From positions 77,324-141,323 of the forward strand of contig JAFRKQ010000021.1 of the NCBI GenBank assembly GCA_017431625.1: a stretch of DNA of 64,000 nt, written 5' to 3'. A program made the position numbers and the translations under genes. Each line of letters opens with the position of its first letter. Position 1 is the stretch's first letter. Below are positions 20,054 to 29,794 of this stretch, in pieces. The notes under the pieces are model-generated. The model saw nothing but the letters and a program-made list of their open reading frames with translations. It did no database searches and was not told where the DNA came from. Origin of the DNA: a bacterium. Lineage in GTDB: Bacteria > Patescibacteriota > Microgenomatia > UBA1400 > PJMF01.

Positions 20054-21076
20054 ATGATAGTACGACCAATCGCCTTTGAAGAGAAAGACATATACAATCA
20101 AATCGTGACGCACCCTTTGCAGTCATGGGAATGGGGAGAATTCAAAAAAGTCACAGGGCAAAAGGTAGAGCGGATTGGTTTTTTTGATGGTCACAAGCTC
20201 ACCAACGCTATCCAAGTCTCTTTTCATGATATCCCTGGAGGCTACACTGTGGGCTACTTACCCAAAGGCCCAATGCCTGACGAAGAGCAAATTAACGCCA
20301 TGCAAGAAATTGCCAAAAAAAATAATGCTCTTTTTATTAAGATTGAACCCAATATTTTAAGTCCTGTGGACTCCAAAAACTCCGCTTTTGACTCGATTAA
20401 TACTTTTATCACTGCTCGCGGCGGCAAAAAGTCTCGCAACATTTTCACTCATTACACTTTTTTGCTCGATCTGACTCGTTCTCAGGATGAGCTTTTTGCC
20501 AATCTCCACTCCAAAACGCGTTATAATGTCCGTCTTGCTATCAAAAAAGGGGTGCAAATCATTGATGATACCAGCAGTGATGGGGTAGAAAGCTTCATTC
20601 GTCTTTTGGAAGAAACCACCAATCGCAAAAATTTCCACGCCCATGACGCCAATTATTACCGGCAAATGTGGCAAACACTAGGCCACAGTGGGATGATGAA
20701 GGTTTTTCATGCGGTTTATCAAGACACTGTCATTGTCTCTTGGATTATCTTCCTGTTTAATAACAAACTTTATTATCCCTACGGCGCTTCTTCCATTCTT
20801 CATCGCGAGGTCATGGCCTCCAACTTGATGATGTGGGAAGTCATTCAATATGGCAAAGAACACGGTGCCACCTCTTTTGACATGTGGGGAGCCCTGGGCC
20901 CCAACCCCAATAAAGCTGATCCTTGGTATGGTTTTCATCATTTCAAACAAGGCTACGGGGCCACGCTAGTGGAGAATTTCCCTACTTATGACTTTGTCTA
21001 CAATCAGAGTCTTTATTATCCTTTCCTCATGGCTGACAAGGCCAGACAAATGTGGCTTAAGCGCAAGAAACAATAA
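20054..21076 (+). CDS. FemAB-family peptidoglycan interpeptide-bridge peptidyltransferase
   Basis: 340 aa GNAT-like Fem family resemblance. Extended -10 TGTATAAT at 20036-20043. Confidence 0.65.
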   Translation: MIVRPIAFEEKDIYNQIVTHPLQSWEWGEFKKVTGQKVERIGFFDGHKLTNAIQVSFHDIPGGYTVGYLPKGPMPDEEQINAMQEIAKKNNALFIKIEPNILSPVDSKNSAFDSINTFITARGGKKSRNIFTHYTFLLDLTRSQDELFANLHSKTRYNVRLAIKKGVQIIDDTSSDGVESFIRLLEETTNRKNFHAHDANYYRQMWQTLGHSGMMKVFHAVYQDTVIVSWIIFLFNNKLYYPYGASSILHREVMASNLMMWEVIQYGKEHGATSFDMWGALGPNPNKADPWYGFHHFKQGYGATLVENFPTYDFVYNQSLYYPFLMADKARQMWLKRKKQ

Positions 21077-21097
21077 AAATTAAGCGAAAGGCAGTAC

Positions 21098-21832
21098 ATG
21101 CAGACACGCTACAAACGGATCATGATCAAGGTGACCGGTGAATCTTTATTGGGTCAACGTGAATACGGCATCGACCCGCAGGCTGCACGCGAGCTAGCAC
21201 AAAAAATCAAGAGTGTGGCTGATTTGGGAATCCAAGTGGCCATTGTCATCGGCGGTGGTAATATTTTCCGCGGACTGTCTGGCTCCAAAAATGGCATTGA
21301 TCGTGCGACCGCTGATTACATGGGGATGCTCGCCACCGTGATGAACGGCATGGCGCTGGAAGATGCTTTAATCAAAGTGGGCGTGCCCGTACGCTTGCAA
21401 TCAGCACTGACTATGACCAGTGTCGCTGAGCCTTTTTTGCGCAAACGCGCTATTCATCATCTCGAAAAGGGGAGAGTAGTCATTTTGAGCGCTGGTACTG
21501 GCAACCCATATGTCACCACCGATACGGGCGCGTCATTACATGCCTTGGAGTTGCATTGTGAGGTCTTGATGAAGGCGACCAAAGTGGACGGTGTCTACAA
21601 TGCCGATCCCCAAACTCATCCCGAAGCCAAACGCTATAAAACATTGAATTATCGTGATATTTTACATGATAGACTCCAGGTGATGGATGCTGCTGCCCTG
21701 TCAATGTCGATGGATAACAATCTCACTACACAAGTGTTTCAATTATTTGAAGGTGACTACCTATTGCGCGCAGTCAAAGGCGAACCCGTGGGTACAATCA
21801 TGAGCAATGACGTCACCACGCAATTTGCCTAA
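21098..21832 (+). CDS. pyrH: Uridylate kinase
   Basis: …IMIKVTGESL…IVIGGGNIFRG…DYMGMLATVMNG…. Confidence 0.95.
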   Translation: MQTRYKRIMIKVTGESLLGQREYGIDPQAARELAQKIKSVADLGIQVAIVIGGGNIFRGLSGSKNGIDRATADYMGMLATVMNGMALEDALIKVGVPVRLQSALTMTSVAEPFLRKRAIHHLEKGRVVILSAGTGNPYVTTDTGASLHALELHCEVLMKATKVDGVYNADPQTHPEAKRYKTLNYRDILHDRLQVMDAAALSMSMDNNLTTQVFQLFEGDYLLRAVKGEPVGTIMSNDVTTQFA

Positions 21833-21838
21833 AAACAA

Positions 21839-21866
21839 TTGACATCAAGCCGAAAATTGCTATAAT
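21839..21866 (+). promoter_or_regulatory. Sigma70 promoter TTGACA-16-TATAAT, leaderless for histidine kinase gene
   Basis: -35 at 21839-21844, -10 at 21861-21866, ATG at 21873. Confidence 0.6.
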
Positions 21867-21872
21867 AATAGT

Positions 21873-24014
21873 ATGCTAGCACTCGTAGCAATGGTGATTG
21901 TGGCCATTCTTATTGTAGCGATTGGTTGGAAAGTGTGGCGTTTACGACCACACAGTCATGATCGCATTTTATTTTTTACCCTGACTTTAATCATCAGCTC
22001 TTGGATGCTTTGCAATTACTTTTCCATGACCACCACTGACCCTGGTGCCTTTTTGCTTTTTGTGCGTTTGGTGATGATTATTACCGATTTGCTACCACCA
22101 GTTTTATTTCTTTTTTCTTTAAGTTTTCCGCGCCAACAAATTCACATGCGCCGACGTCGGCAAATTGCTCTGGCTTGCTGGACGCTTGTAGTCACTGGTC
22201 TGAATTTTACCACCTATGTTTTCCCCAGCTGCTACTGGAAAAATGACAAACTCCTCCCTCAGCCAGGTTGGGGGTTTGTAATTGTGCTGATTAATATGCT
22301 CGTGTTGATTTCTTTGGCTTGTTATAATTTTTTTCAAAAAAGTAAACAGGCTCGAGGCTTGGAAAAAATTCGTCTGACTTACTTTGCATTTTCCTTTAGT
22401 TTGGCGATGGTGATTGCGGTAGTTTTCAATTTAATCCTACCAGCATTATTCCAAAACTCCAGCTTCATGAATATTGGGATTATGTTCATGGGTTTGACTT
22501 TCATTGGTGTTACTGGATATTCTATGCTCAAAACTACTTTTTCCAGTCTGGATTTACTTATTGCCAAGGGGGTGTTTTATTTGGTTTTGCTAGTGTGGCC
22601 CACGCTGCCTCTTGTCGCTCATTATCATTTGCCTGTCAATGATACACCACTACTGGCAGGGATTACTTTTATCTTGTTTTTGGCTTGGATGGGAGCTTTT
22701 GTCTATATCTACAATCACCTTGATAAATTTTTGATCAAAAAAATTGTCAATCATGGTGCCGACTGGCAACACGAAAAACAAAAGTTTTTGACCAGGCTCA
22801 GAGATGAGCTTGATTATGAAACTATCATTACCGAAACACTGAATTTTTTTGCTAAACTCATAAAAAACTCTGGTAATTTAATTGTGGGTGATTTTATGGA
22901 CGAAGATGAAATCAGAGCCTGGGGACAATTGGCACCAGCAGCGCAAAAAATCTATTCACTCGTACGCGGCTTGTGGTTACATAAAAATACTGGCCCTTGG
23001 CTGCTGGAACAAATTGAAACTGATCCTCAATTATCCAAGCTCACGATCGCTATGAAACGCTATGGTATTGCTGCTGTTTTTCCCATTGTGATTTATGACG
23101 AGTATAAAGGCGTATTACTTTTTGGCAATAAGATCAATGGCAACCCTTTTTTTATTCAAGACATTGACTTGATCGAACAAACATTAGATGAGCTCGCGCC
23201 ACTGCTTAATAAAGCCATTATCCACCAAACGACTGAAGACTTCAACACTCACTTGCAACGAAGAATTAATAGTGCCACTAGTCGTCTTAGGCGTATGAAC
23301 CAAAAACTAATTGCCGCCGATAAACTCAAAGATGAATTTGTCTCTGTGGCGAGCCACGAATTGCGCACCCCCATGACCGCCATCAAGGGTTATCTATGGC
23401 TAGTCGCCAAAAATAATACCCCCGAACAACTAGCTACCAATCAAAAATATATTGAAATCGCTCTTAATTCCACCGAAAGACTGATTGCGCTTGTCAATGA
23501 CATGCTGACAATCTCACGCATTGAGGGTGGTCGCTTTGCTCTCAATCTTGATATTATTGACGCTAGACAACTCGTCAGTCAAATCCAAACCGAATTACTG
23601 CCTATTGCCGCTGATAAAAAACTATTTTTTAAGATCAAAAACCCACGCGAAAAAATGCTAATCAAAGCTGATAGCAAAAGAATTTTGGAAGTTTTACACA
23701 ATCTCACCGGCAATGCTCTCAAATTTACTCCCCAAGGAGGGGTAACAATGATCACTCGTGCCGACGACAAATACGTGTATATTGATGTCATTGATACCGG
23801 CGTGGGCATTGATGAGCAAGATTTCAACAAACTCTTTTCTAAGTTTGCTCGGATGGAAAAATCATATGTAAAAATTAAAGAAACTGGCACGGGTCTTGGA
23901 CTTTACATTTCCAGACAGATTATGAAAATGCATCATGGCGATATTACTTTTTCGAGTCGTCGTGACCACGGCAGTACTTTCACAATTTATTTGCCTCGCG
24001 CTCCCCAAAAATAA
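21873..24014 (+). CDS. Sensor histidine kinase with polytopic N-terminal membrane domain
   Basis: About 8 TM helices, HisKA (…SVASHELRTPMTAIKGYL…), HATPase_c (…HNLTGNALKFT…DTGVGI…GTGLGL…). Confidence 0.9.
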   Translation: MLALVAMVIVAILIVAIGWKVWRLRPHSHDRILFFTLTLIISSWMLCNYFSMTTTDPGAFLLFVRLVMIITDLLPPVLFLFSLSFPRQQIHMRRRRQIALACWTLVVTGLNFTTYVFPSCYWKNDKLLPQPGWGFVIVLINMLVLISLACYNFFQKSKQARGLEKIRLTYFAFSFSLAMVIAVVFNLILPALFQNSSFMNIGIMFMGLTFIGVTGYSMLKTTFSSLDLLIAKGVFYLVLLVWPTLPLVAHYHLPVNDTPLLAGITFILFLAWMGAFVYIYNHLDKFLIKKIVNHGADWQHEKQKFLTRLRDELDYETIITETLNFFAKLIKNSGNLIVGDFMDEDEIRAWGQLAPAAQKIYSLVRGLWLHKNTGPWLLEQIETDPQLSKLTIAMKRYGIAAVFPIVIYDEYKGVLLFGNKINGNPFFIQDIDLIEQTLDELAPLLNKAIIHQTTEDFNTHLQRRINSATSRLRRMNQKLIAADKLKDEFVSVASHELRTPMTAIKGYLWLVAKNNTPEQLATNQKYIEIALNSTERLIALVNDMLTISRIEGGRFALNLDIIDARQLVSQIQTELLPIAADKKLFFKIKNPREKMLIKADSKRILEVLHNLTGNALKFTPQGGVTMITRADDKYVYIDVIDTGVGIDEQDFNKLFSKFARMEKSYVKIKETGTGLGLYISRQIMKMHHGDITFSSRRDHGSTFTIYLPRAPQK

Positions 24015-24076
24015 TTAAATTTAAGGTTTCACCAAACACTTAGGCAGTTATTCTGTAAGAAAAATAAATGTGAGTT

Positions 24077-24136
24077 TGCGGAGCTTGGTGCGGAGCTCGG
24101 CAGTCTAGTGCGGAGCTCGGTGCACAGCTCGGCACT
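24077..24136. repeat. Repeat element copy A: four 12-bp units (TGCGGAGCT[T/C]GG / TGCACAGCTCGG) with an 8-bp spacer after unit 2, ending CACT
   Basis: Read directly from the sequence. Near-identical organisation recurs at 35680-35739 in the same orientation. Confidence 0.8.
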
Positions 24137-24209
24137 TATTAGTGTTTGGGTAACGTCAACAATTATTTTCCTCTCGCTTTCATCTCTATCTTCGTGTATA
24201 ATCAAGCAC

Positions 24210-25493
24210 ATGACAATGACCAATCATTATTATGCTGGTGGTCTGACCGACCTCAATCCCCATCCCACACCTATTAGTGCTGAATGTTGGCAGCGATGGT
24301 TAAGTCTTGATGAAGCATGGGGAAAAGCTTGGCGCGATTTTTTGCACTGGCCAGCCGCTCAAGAATCATCACCACTTACCCAAATTGTTGGCGACGAGTG
24401 GTTACTCGATATTGCGGCTATCGATACAGCTTTCTGGCAGCACACTGGTTGGCAATTAATTCCCGGAATGACTCTTGACTTGAGTCCACAATTGCAATTT
24501 AATCATCAGCGTTTATTAACCATTCATGGTTGGCAGGCCTACCACTTGGTGGCCAAAACTCGCTCGCGCTGGCGCCATGATCCACCAGCCGCCGTCACTC
24601 AAGCTCAACAAATCATGTCTGGTCTGCCCACCACTGGCACTCCACCAACTGCCGAAAAGGTGATTGTCAGCGATATTCTTCCGCGTCTGATCGCTGTTGA
24701 CTTGATCACTCAATTGATGACCGCGCGCGCCTACCAGCAATTGCCTTATCAACAACACCAATACCTGACCACCTATTTGCGCCAAGAAATTGCCAAAAAA
24801 AATTGGTTTTTTACCTCAATTATTGATTTACTCAAAGTCCGCAATCGTGTCTGGACGCCAGAACAGTACCTACAAGAGTATGGTCATCGGGCTGATCGCG
24901 ATTTTGAACTTACCTGTCCGCGCTGGCACGAGCTGACGGCACAAGAAATTACCACCAAAGCCTCACTCATGGTTACACCCCAGCCCAGCGACGACCTTAA
25001 TCTTGACGCTCTGCACTGGCGCAGCCGCGATAAAAGGGTTGTTATGGCCACCATTGAACTCCACTGGTTGCGCCTCGAAATGCTAAAAAGCCTGAGTCAG
25101 TTTTTTGACCTTTACCGTCAGTGGTGGCTCCAAACAGCACCAGCGGATCTGGAAGTCGTCACTAATTATCAATACCCACCAGCCACTCACATCGACGGGG
25201 CTGGTATCAGTCTTTATCCCGGACAAGTAGAGGGTCGGGTCCTCAATATCGCTCGCCAGCGACCACTACCTCCCGACACCATCGGCATTTTTCCCGATGG
25301 GAGTTTGGAGTTTGCCCCCCTCGTGTCCCAATGTCGAGGACTAATTATTGGTCGAGCCTATTGGCTCTCACCACTAGTTTTACTAGCTCAGCACTATCAA
25401 ATTCCCACCATAAGTGACCGACAAGCCTTGGGACTACCCGTGGGAGCTACCATTGTTGTGGATGCTGATCGCGGTCATTGGCACTTACAATAA
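24210..25493 (+). CDS. Hypothetical protein; C-terminal region resembles a PEP-utilising-enzyme mobile domain without the phospho-His
   Basis: C-terminus …GIFPDGSLEFAPLVSQCRGLIIGRAYWLSPLVLLAQHYQIPTISD…VVDADRGHW. Start corrected to ATG 24210, 7 nt after -10 TATAAT (24197-24202). Track N-terminus overlaps the repeat. Confidence 0.4.
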   Translation: MTMTNHYYAGGLTDLNPHPTPISAECWQRWLSLDEAWGKAWRDFLHWPAAQESSPLTQIVGDEWLLDIAAIDTAFWQHTGWQLIPGMTLDLSPQLQFNHQRLLTIHGWQAYHLVAKTRSRWRHDPPAAVTQAQQIMSGLPTTGTPPTAEKVIVSDILPRLIAVDLITQLMTARAYQQLPYQQHQYLTTYLRQEIAKKNWFFTSIIDLLKVRNRVWTPEQYLQEYGHRADRDFELTCPRWHELTAQEITTKASLMVTPQPSDDLNLDALHWRSRDKRVVMATIELHWLRLEMLKSLSQFFDLYRQWWLQTAPADLEVVTNYQYPPATHIDGAGISLYPGQVEGRVLNIARQRPLPPDTIGIFPDGSLEFAPLVSQCRGLIIGRAYWLSPLVLLAQHYQIPTISDRQALGLPVGATIVVDADRGHWHLQ

Positions 25494-25879
25494 TAAGTAT
25501 TTGTTTGTTCTTTATAATAAGATGTTTTATAAGAAAGTTGCTGGTTGATTATCATGACTCGCACACCCGAGCAATTGCATAAAAAATACTCGCAAAAGAC
25601 GGATTAATAAAAAGTTACAAGTGACTTTTTGTTTTCGTGTGTCACTAAAAACCAGGCTATTTTGTTAAACGTTTGTTTAACACTGTTGATATTTTGTGAA
25701 CATCTTTGCGGCTATCTTACTGATTCACGAGAGCAGTTTTGACGGCTGTATTTTCATCACCGAAAAACTCATTTTTCTTGGTGGCATTTTCTCAATCCAT
25801 GATATAATCAAGTTTGCTCGTCACCAAACTGAGTATTATTAAAAATAGTTGAAAGCTGATTTTTGGTTAATGGAGTTTT

Positions 25880-26587
25880 ATGAGACAAACAAAAAAAGAC
25901 ACACAAGAAACAGTACAAGCACCGGTTTTGACCCGTCACTTAAGTTGTCAAGAACAATTGGATTTTGCCCGTGAGCAATTCGGCAAACTGGTAGATGCGG
26001 GCGCTTTATCAATTGAAAAAGAAGTTTTTGACTTGGCTATTGTTTTGGGTTTCTACGGCGCGATGCCGGCGGCCGCTTGTTCTGGCCACGAACAGAGTGA
26101 GGATGACCCCAAGACGGTAGAATTTCCCTGGGTACGTTTTGAGCCGGCCAAAATTAATAAGTCAGCGCAAAAAAAACTCGAACAAGCCCTGGATAAAATT
26201 GAAGCCCTAGGAGATGATATTTTTGCCGCTGAGTATGCCCTTTTACGTCAAAAATGGCGCCAACATTATCTCCGCGCTCGTGAACCCAATCTCAAATTGT
26301 GTCGCTATTTGTATCAATTGCTTGATGACTTCTATCGGATTCATCATGCCCCCAGCTATGAAGTCCAGCTCACCATCCAAGACATTGACTTAGATGGCTC
26401 GGTATTGCAAAGTATGGGACAAGAAGTTTTTGGCGCTATGAGCAGACGCGAACAACTACGTATGCTCAAACTCTGTCGCGAGGAGTTGCGTGAATTTGGC
26501 AATTTTTTGCAAGAACGTTTTTTGGCTAGTGATGCCGGACGTCAGCAACTCAATAAATATGTAGTCAAAGGACATTTTGAAGCCTAA
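25880..26587 (+). CDS. Hypothetical cytoplasmic protein
   Basis: 235-aa ORF after a 386-bp AT-rich intergenic region. No recognisable motifs. Confidence 0.45.
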   Translation: MRQTKKDTQETVQAPVLTRHLSCQEQLDFAREQFGKLVDAGALSIEKEVFDLAIVLGFYGAMPAAACSGHEQSEDDPKTVEFPWVRFEPAKINKSAQKKLEQALDKIEALGDDIFAAEYALLRQKWRQHYLRAREPNLKLCRYLYQLLDDFYRIHHAPSYEVQLTIQDIDLDGSVLQSMGQEVFGAMSRREQLRMLKLCREELREFGNFLQERFLASDAGRQQLNKYVVKGHFEA

Positions 26588-26657
26588 TGAATGACAAGTC
26601 CCTCGCCAAATTATGAAATCTTATGATATAATATGATAGTTAAAGGAGAAAAGTGAC

Positions 26658-27308
26658 ATGACACAACGACCCGATTTTCGCGCTCACTTAAAAGGAAAGC
26701 CACAGGATATGAACAAAAATAATCCCGCCCCGCAAACCACTGATGATAATCGCTGGCAAGCAGTAACTGCTTTGATTCTGGCAATTCTAGGCATTTATTT
26801 TGTCTGGGTACCAGGACTTAATTTTATCCTGGGACTTTTGGCTTTATTTTTTGGCATCCGTGGTTTGCGCAGTCAAGAAAAAGTCGCTAGTGTCACTGCT
26901 ATCATTGTCAGTGCTTTTAATATTTTTGGTTCCTTACTTGTTATTGGGACGATTGCCATTTTGTTGCGACTTTTTGGCGGGAGTCAAACACCAGCCACCA
27001 ACAAAAATGATGATTACTATCCCCAGTCCGCTATTCATCAGTCATCAGGAAAACTCCTACCAAACAGTGATGAGCAGTCGCTTAATGATCACACCAATCG
27101 TCAATCAACAAGCACTAGCACTTCCAGACATCAAGATAGTGCTTCCGCCAAGACAAACCGTCAGGAAGCAGCGACACAAACTGTTGACGATAACTTAATG
27201 GTCGAGTTTCCACCACAATTTTTGCTGCTCGATCCAGATGAGTGGCAATCAATCATGGAGTCACAGGAGTACACTGTTCCCTTGCAAACTCCACAAGACT
27301 GGCGCTAG
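26658..27308 (+). CDS. Hypothetical membrane protein (2 TM) with long Ser/Thr/Gln-rich tail
   Basis: RBS aaaggag before ATG. TM hairpin ILAILGIYFVWVPGLNFILGLLALFFGI. Confidence 0.5.
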   Translation: MTQRPDFRAHLKGKPQDMNKNNPAPQTTDDNRWQAVTALILAILGIYFVWVPGLNFILGLLALFFGIRGLRSQEKVASVTAIIVSAFNIFGSLLVIGTIAILLRLFGGSQTPATNKNDDYYPQSAIHQSSGKLLPNSDEQSLNDHTNRQSTSTSTSRHQDSASAKTNRQEAATQTVDDNLMVEFPPQFLLLDPDEWQSIMESQEYTVPLQTPQDWR

Positions 27309-27321
27309 GTGGTAACAACAA

Positions 27322-28518
27322 CTAGCAGCGTTGGTGTTTGGTTTGGCGCCACACGAGGTAGATATTGACTATCACCAACAGGCACTCACCGCCGATCATC
27401 GCCCAAACACTGCCATACATACCCAAACTTGGTACTAGCCACCAATTAAGACCAAGATTGGCTAGAGTGGAACCAAGTAAAAAAGGTACATAGCAAGCAA
27501 CTCGATCACCGCTTTGCAAAACAGTGTTTAAAGGAGCATTGAAAAAAAACAAAACCACCACCACGGCCAGCAAACGCAGTATCCCGGCCGCTGGAGCATA
27601 ATCAGCTCCCAGTAAAGTCACTGTCAAAAACTGACTCAGCGTCACCATCGCGACCGCCACCGCTAGACCAGCAGCAGTCATCACTACCACCATCTTGACA
27701 ATTTGCCTCCGGCTCAAACCACCCTTTTTAGCCGCTAGAGGGAAAAGGTTGTGAAAAAGCGCTTGGGGCAAGAGATTGAAAGCATCCAAATAACGATAAG
27801 CCGCCCCATAAAGCCCCAGGGCATAAGTATCCAAAAATGAATTAATAATCAACTGGTCAGCTCGCGAATAGATCACGCCCAGCGAATCAATCGCTGCATA
27901 TGGCCAAGTTGACCAAATATTGGGCCAGTGCTGACAACCCCGGCACCAACTCGTCCACACTGCTCGCCACGGAAAATAAAAAATTATAATTAATGTCCAA
28001 GTCAGCAAGTAACTTTGATAAAAATAATTAATGTCAGCGGGCGTCCTAATCAACCACAAACTTGCAAAAAACAAAAGATTACGGACGATTAATTTATAAC
28101 CCAAATACAAACTCTGCCCGCAAGCCAAATAATAACTATCAGCCACCGTGATCAGACTTTCAAAAAATAAACTCACCCAAAAATAACTGCTCACACCAGC
28201 AGGCAAGGGCGACCACCACCATTGAATCACCATCATCACCAGAATGCTAATAACCGCCAAACTCAAACGCCAAGCTAAAAGTTGGCCCAAAAGTGCCGGT
28301 TGTTTTGAACTCGCCGATTGTTTGAGATACCAATTTTTCAGCCCCACATCAAAAATAGTCGTCACCAATTGCACCAAAGTGGTAAAAAGCATCACCTCAC
28401 CGAAGCGATCAGGCAAAAGCACGCGCGCGAGAATCATGAAATACACCGCCGACAAGAGTTTACCCCCCACCAAAGTCGTAAAATAAATCAATGATTGTTG
28501 TAAAAGTTTACGCAACAT
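27322..28518 (-). CDS. Polysaccharide/oligosaccharide flippase-family (Wzx/MOP-like) membrane protein
   Basis: Polytopic, Wzx-like N-terminus MLRKLLQQSLIYFTTLVGGKLLSAVYFMILARVL. Trp-rich loops. Confidence 0.5.
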   Translation of the reverse strand: MLRKLLQQSLIYFTTLVGGKLLSAVYFMILARVLLPDRFGEVMLFTTLVQLVTTIFDVGLKNWYLKQSASSKQPALLGQLLAWRLSLAVISILVMMVIQWWWSPLPAGVSSYFWVSLFFESLITVADSYYLACGQSLYLGYKLIVRNLLFFASLWLIRTPADINYFYQSYLLTWTLIIIFYFPWRAVWTSWCRGCQHWPNIWSTWPYAAIDSLGVIYSRADQLIINSFLDTYALGLYGAAYRYLDAFNLLPQALFHNLFPLAAKKGGLSRRQIVKMVVVMTAAGLAVAVAMVTLSQFLTVTLLGADYAPAAGILRLLAVVVVLFFFNAPLNTVLQSGDRVACYVPFLLGSTLANLGLNWWLVPSLGMYGSVWAMIGGECLLVIVNIYLVWRQTKHQRC

Positions 28519-29782
28519 ACCGCCCTTGTGAGAGATTTGTCAATCCCAAAACTACCAACAAGACACTCACCACCACGATATTGACCAGCATCACCGCCAA
28601 AGCTGATGTGTGCCAACAAGCAATCCCGACAATTTGAATCACCGGCGCCAGCAAACCAATGAACAAACCCGCACGTTCGCGAGCTAAAAAATTTTGCAAA
28701 GTGAGCATACACAGGCAATAAAGACCACCAAAAATCGCTGCCAACCACAAAATGGGTGCTAAAGCCAAATATTCTTGAGTACCAACATAGACAATTAAAA
28801 ACTCTGGAATGAGACGATAAATCAGACTCATGCCGGCAGTAAATAAAACTATTAATCCCACCGACAACCAATAAATACGTCGCTTCAAAGTCACTGACTC
28901 ATGTGAATTAAAAAACGTAAACGCTACATTAATTAAAGGCTGACTGGCATACACAATGACTTTTGCCAACAGTGAATACAAACCATACTGCCCGGCCAAT
29001 AATGCCGGACACAACATCTTGACTGTGATGACATCGACATTGAGTAAGGCAGTGGTGACCGTGACGGCTGTCAATGTCAGCCACCAATCACGAGCAGTGG
29101 CCAATTGTGACCATAAGTAGGGGAGAGCCCGATTGTTACTCGTCAATGTTTGTCCGCGACGGCACAAACCCCACACATGCAAACCAGTTTGCAACCACAT
29201 AGTCACCCCCAAACTCACATACAAACTCGCCAAACTAGCAGCAAAATGCAAGGCCAGAGCACCACCAAGCAAACGAAACAACATCGACACCACCGACACC
29301 AGTGATAACACCCCAAACCATTGCAAACCGGTAATCTGAGCTGATAAAAACGTGGTCACGCAATTGGCTACCAACAACACTAAAACCAAAATAACTGAGG
29401 TGGGATACAAAAAATTGGCGTGCTGACACAACCACCACACAATGGCCAACAATCCCAGTACTACCAACCACCACCAAGATCTCAAGGTGGCCAAAATGCG
29501 ACTATTGAGACGACACAAATAATCCCGCCGCCCTGACTCAGGACGAGCACTGATTTTTTTAGTGATCAAAAGTGCCACCACTGTCAGCGGCAAACTCAAA
29601 AGAGTAACATAAGACATCACTGATGAGTATTCGCCATAATCGGCTTGAGTCACATTTTGGACTACCAAAAAATTAAACAAAAAAGCCAAAAAACTCGCGA
29701 CTGCATTCCCGATCAAATTAAGCGCACTTTGCCAATAAAAACGCTGGAACTGAGTTGACTGTTTTGCTCTCACAAGACTCAT
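28508..29782 (-). CDS. Polysaccharide flippase-family (Wzx/MOP-like) membrane protein
   Basis: About 12 TM, N-terminus …NLIGNAVASFLAFLFNFLVVQNVTQADYGEY typical of Wzx. Confidence 0.55.
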   Translation of the reverse strand: MSLVRAKQSTQFQRFYWQSALNLIGNAVASFLAFLFNFLVVQNVTQADYGEYSSVMSYVTLLSLPLTVVALLITKKISARPESGRRDYLCRLNSRILATLRSWWWLVVLGLLAIVWWLCQHANFLYPTSVILVLVLLVANCVTTFLSAQITGLQWFGVLSLVSVVSMLFRLLGGALALHFAASLASLYVSLGVTMWLQTGLHVWGLCRRGQTLTSNNRALPYLWSQLATARDWWLTLTAVTVTTALLNVDVITVKMLCPALLAGQYGLYSLLAKVIVYASQPLINVAFTFFNSHESVTLKRRIYWLSVGLIVLFTAGMSLIYRLIPEFLIVYVGTQEYLALAPILWLAAIFGGLYCLCMLTLQNFLARERAGLFIGLLAPVIQIVGIACWHTSALAVMLVNIVVVSVLLVVLGLTNLSQGRYVA

Positions 29783-29794
29783 TATACCACCAAC

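Noticed and set aside
24077-24136. Possible CRISPR array from the 12-bp tandem units
   Set aside because: Only four units, 12-bp period with no unique spacers, no cas genes anywhere in the window. An identical block recurs as a single copy at 35680.
27322-29782. The two flippase-like ORFs as halves of one frameshifted gene
   Set aside because: Each has its own Wzx-like N-terminus and ~400 aa polytopic length. More consistent with two paralogous flippases than a split gene, though not excluded.
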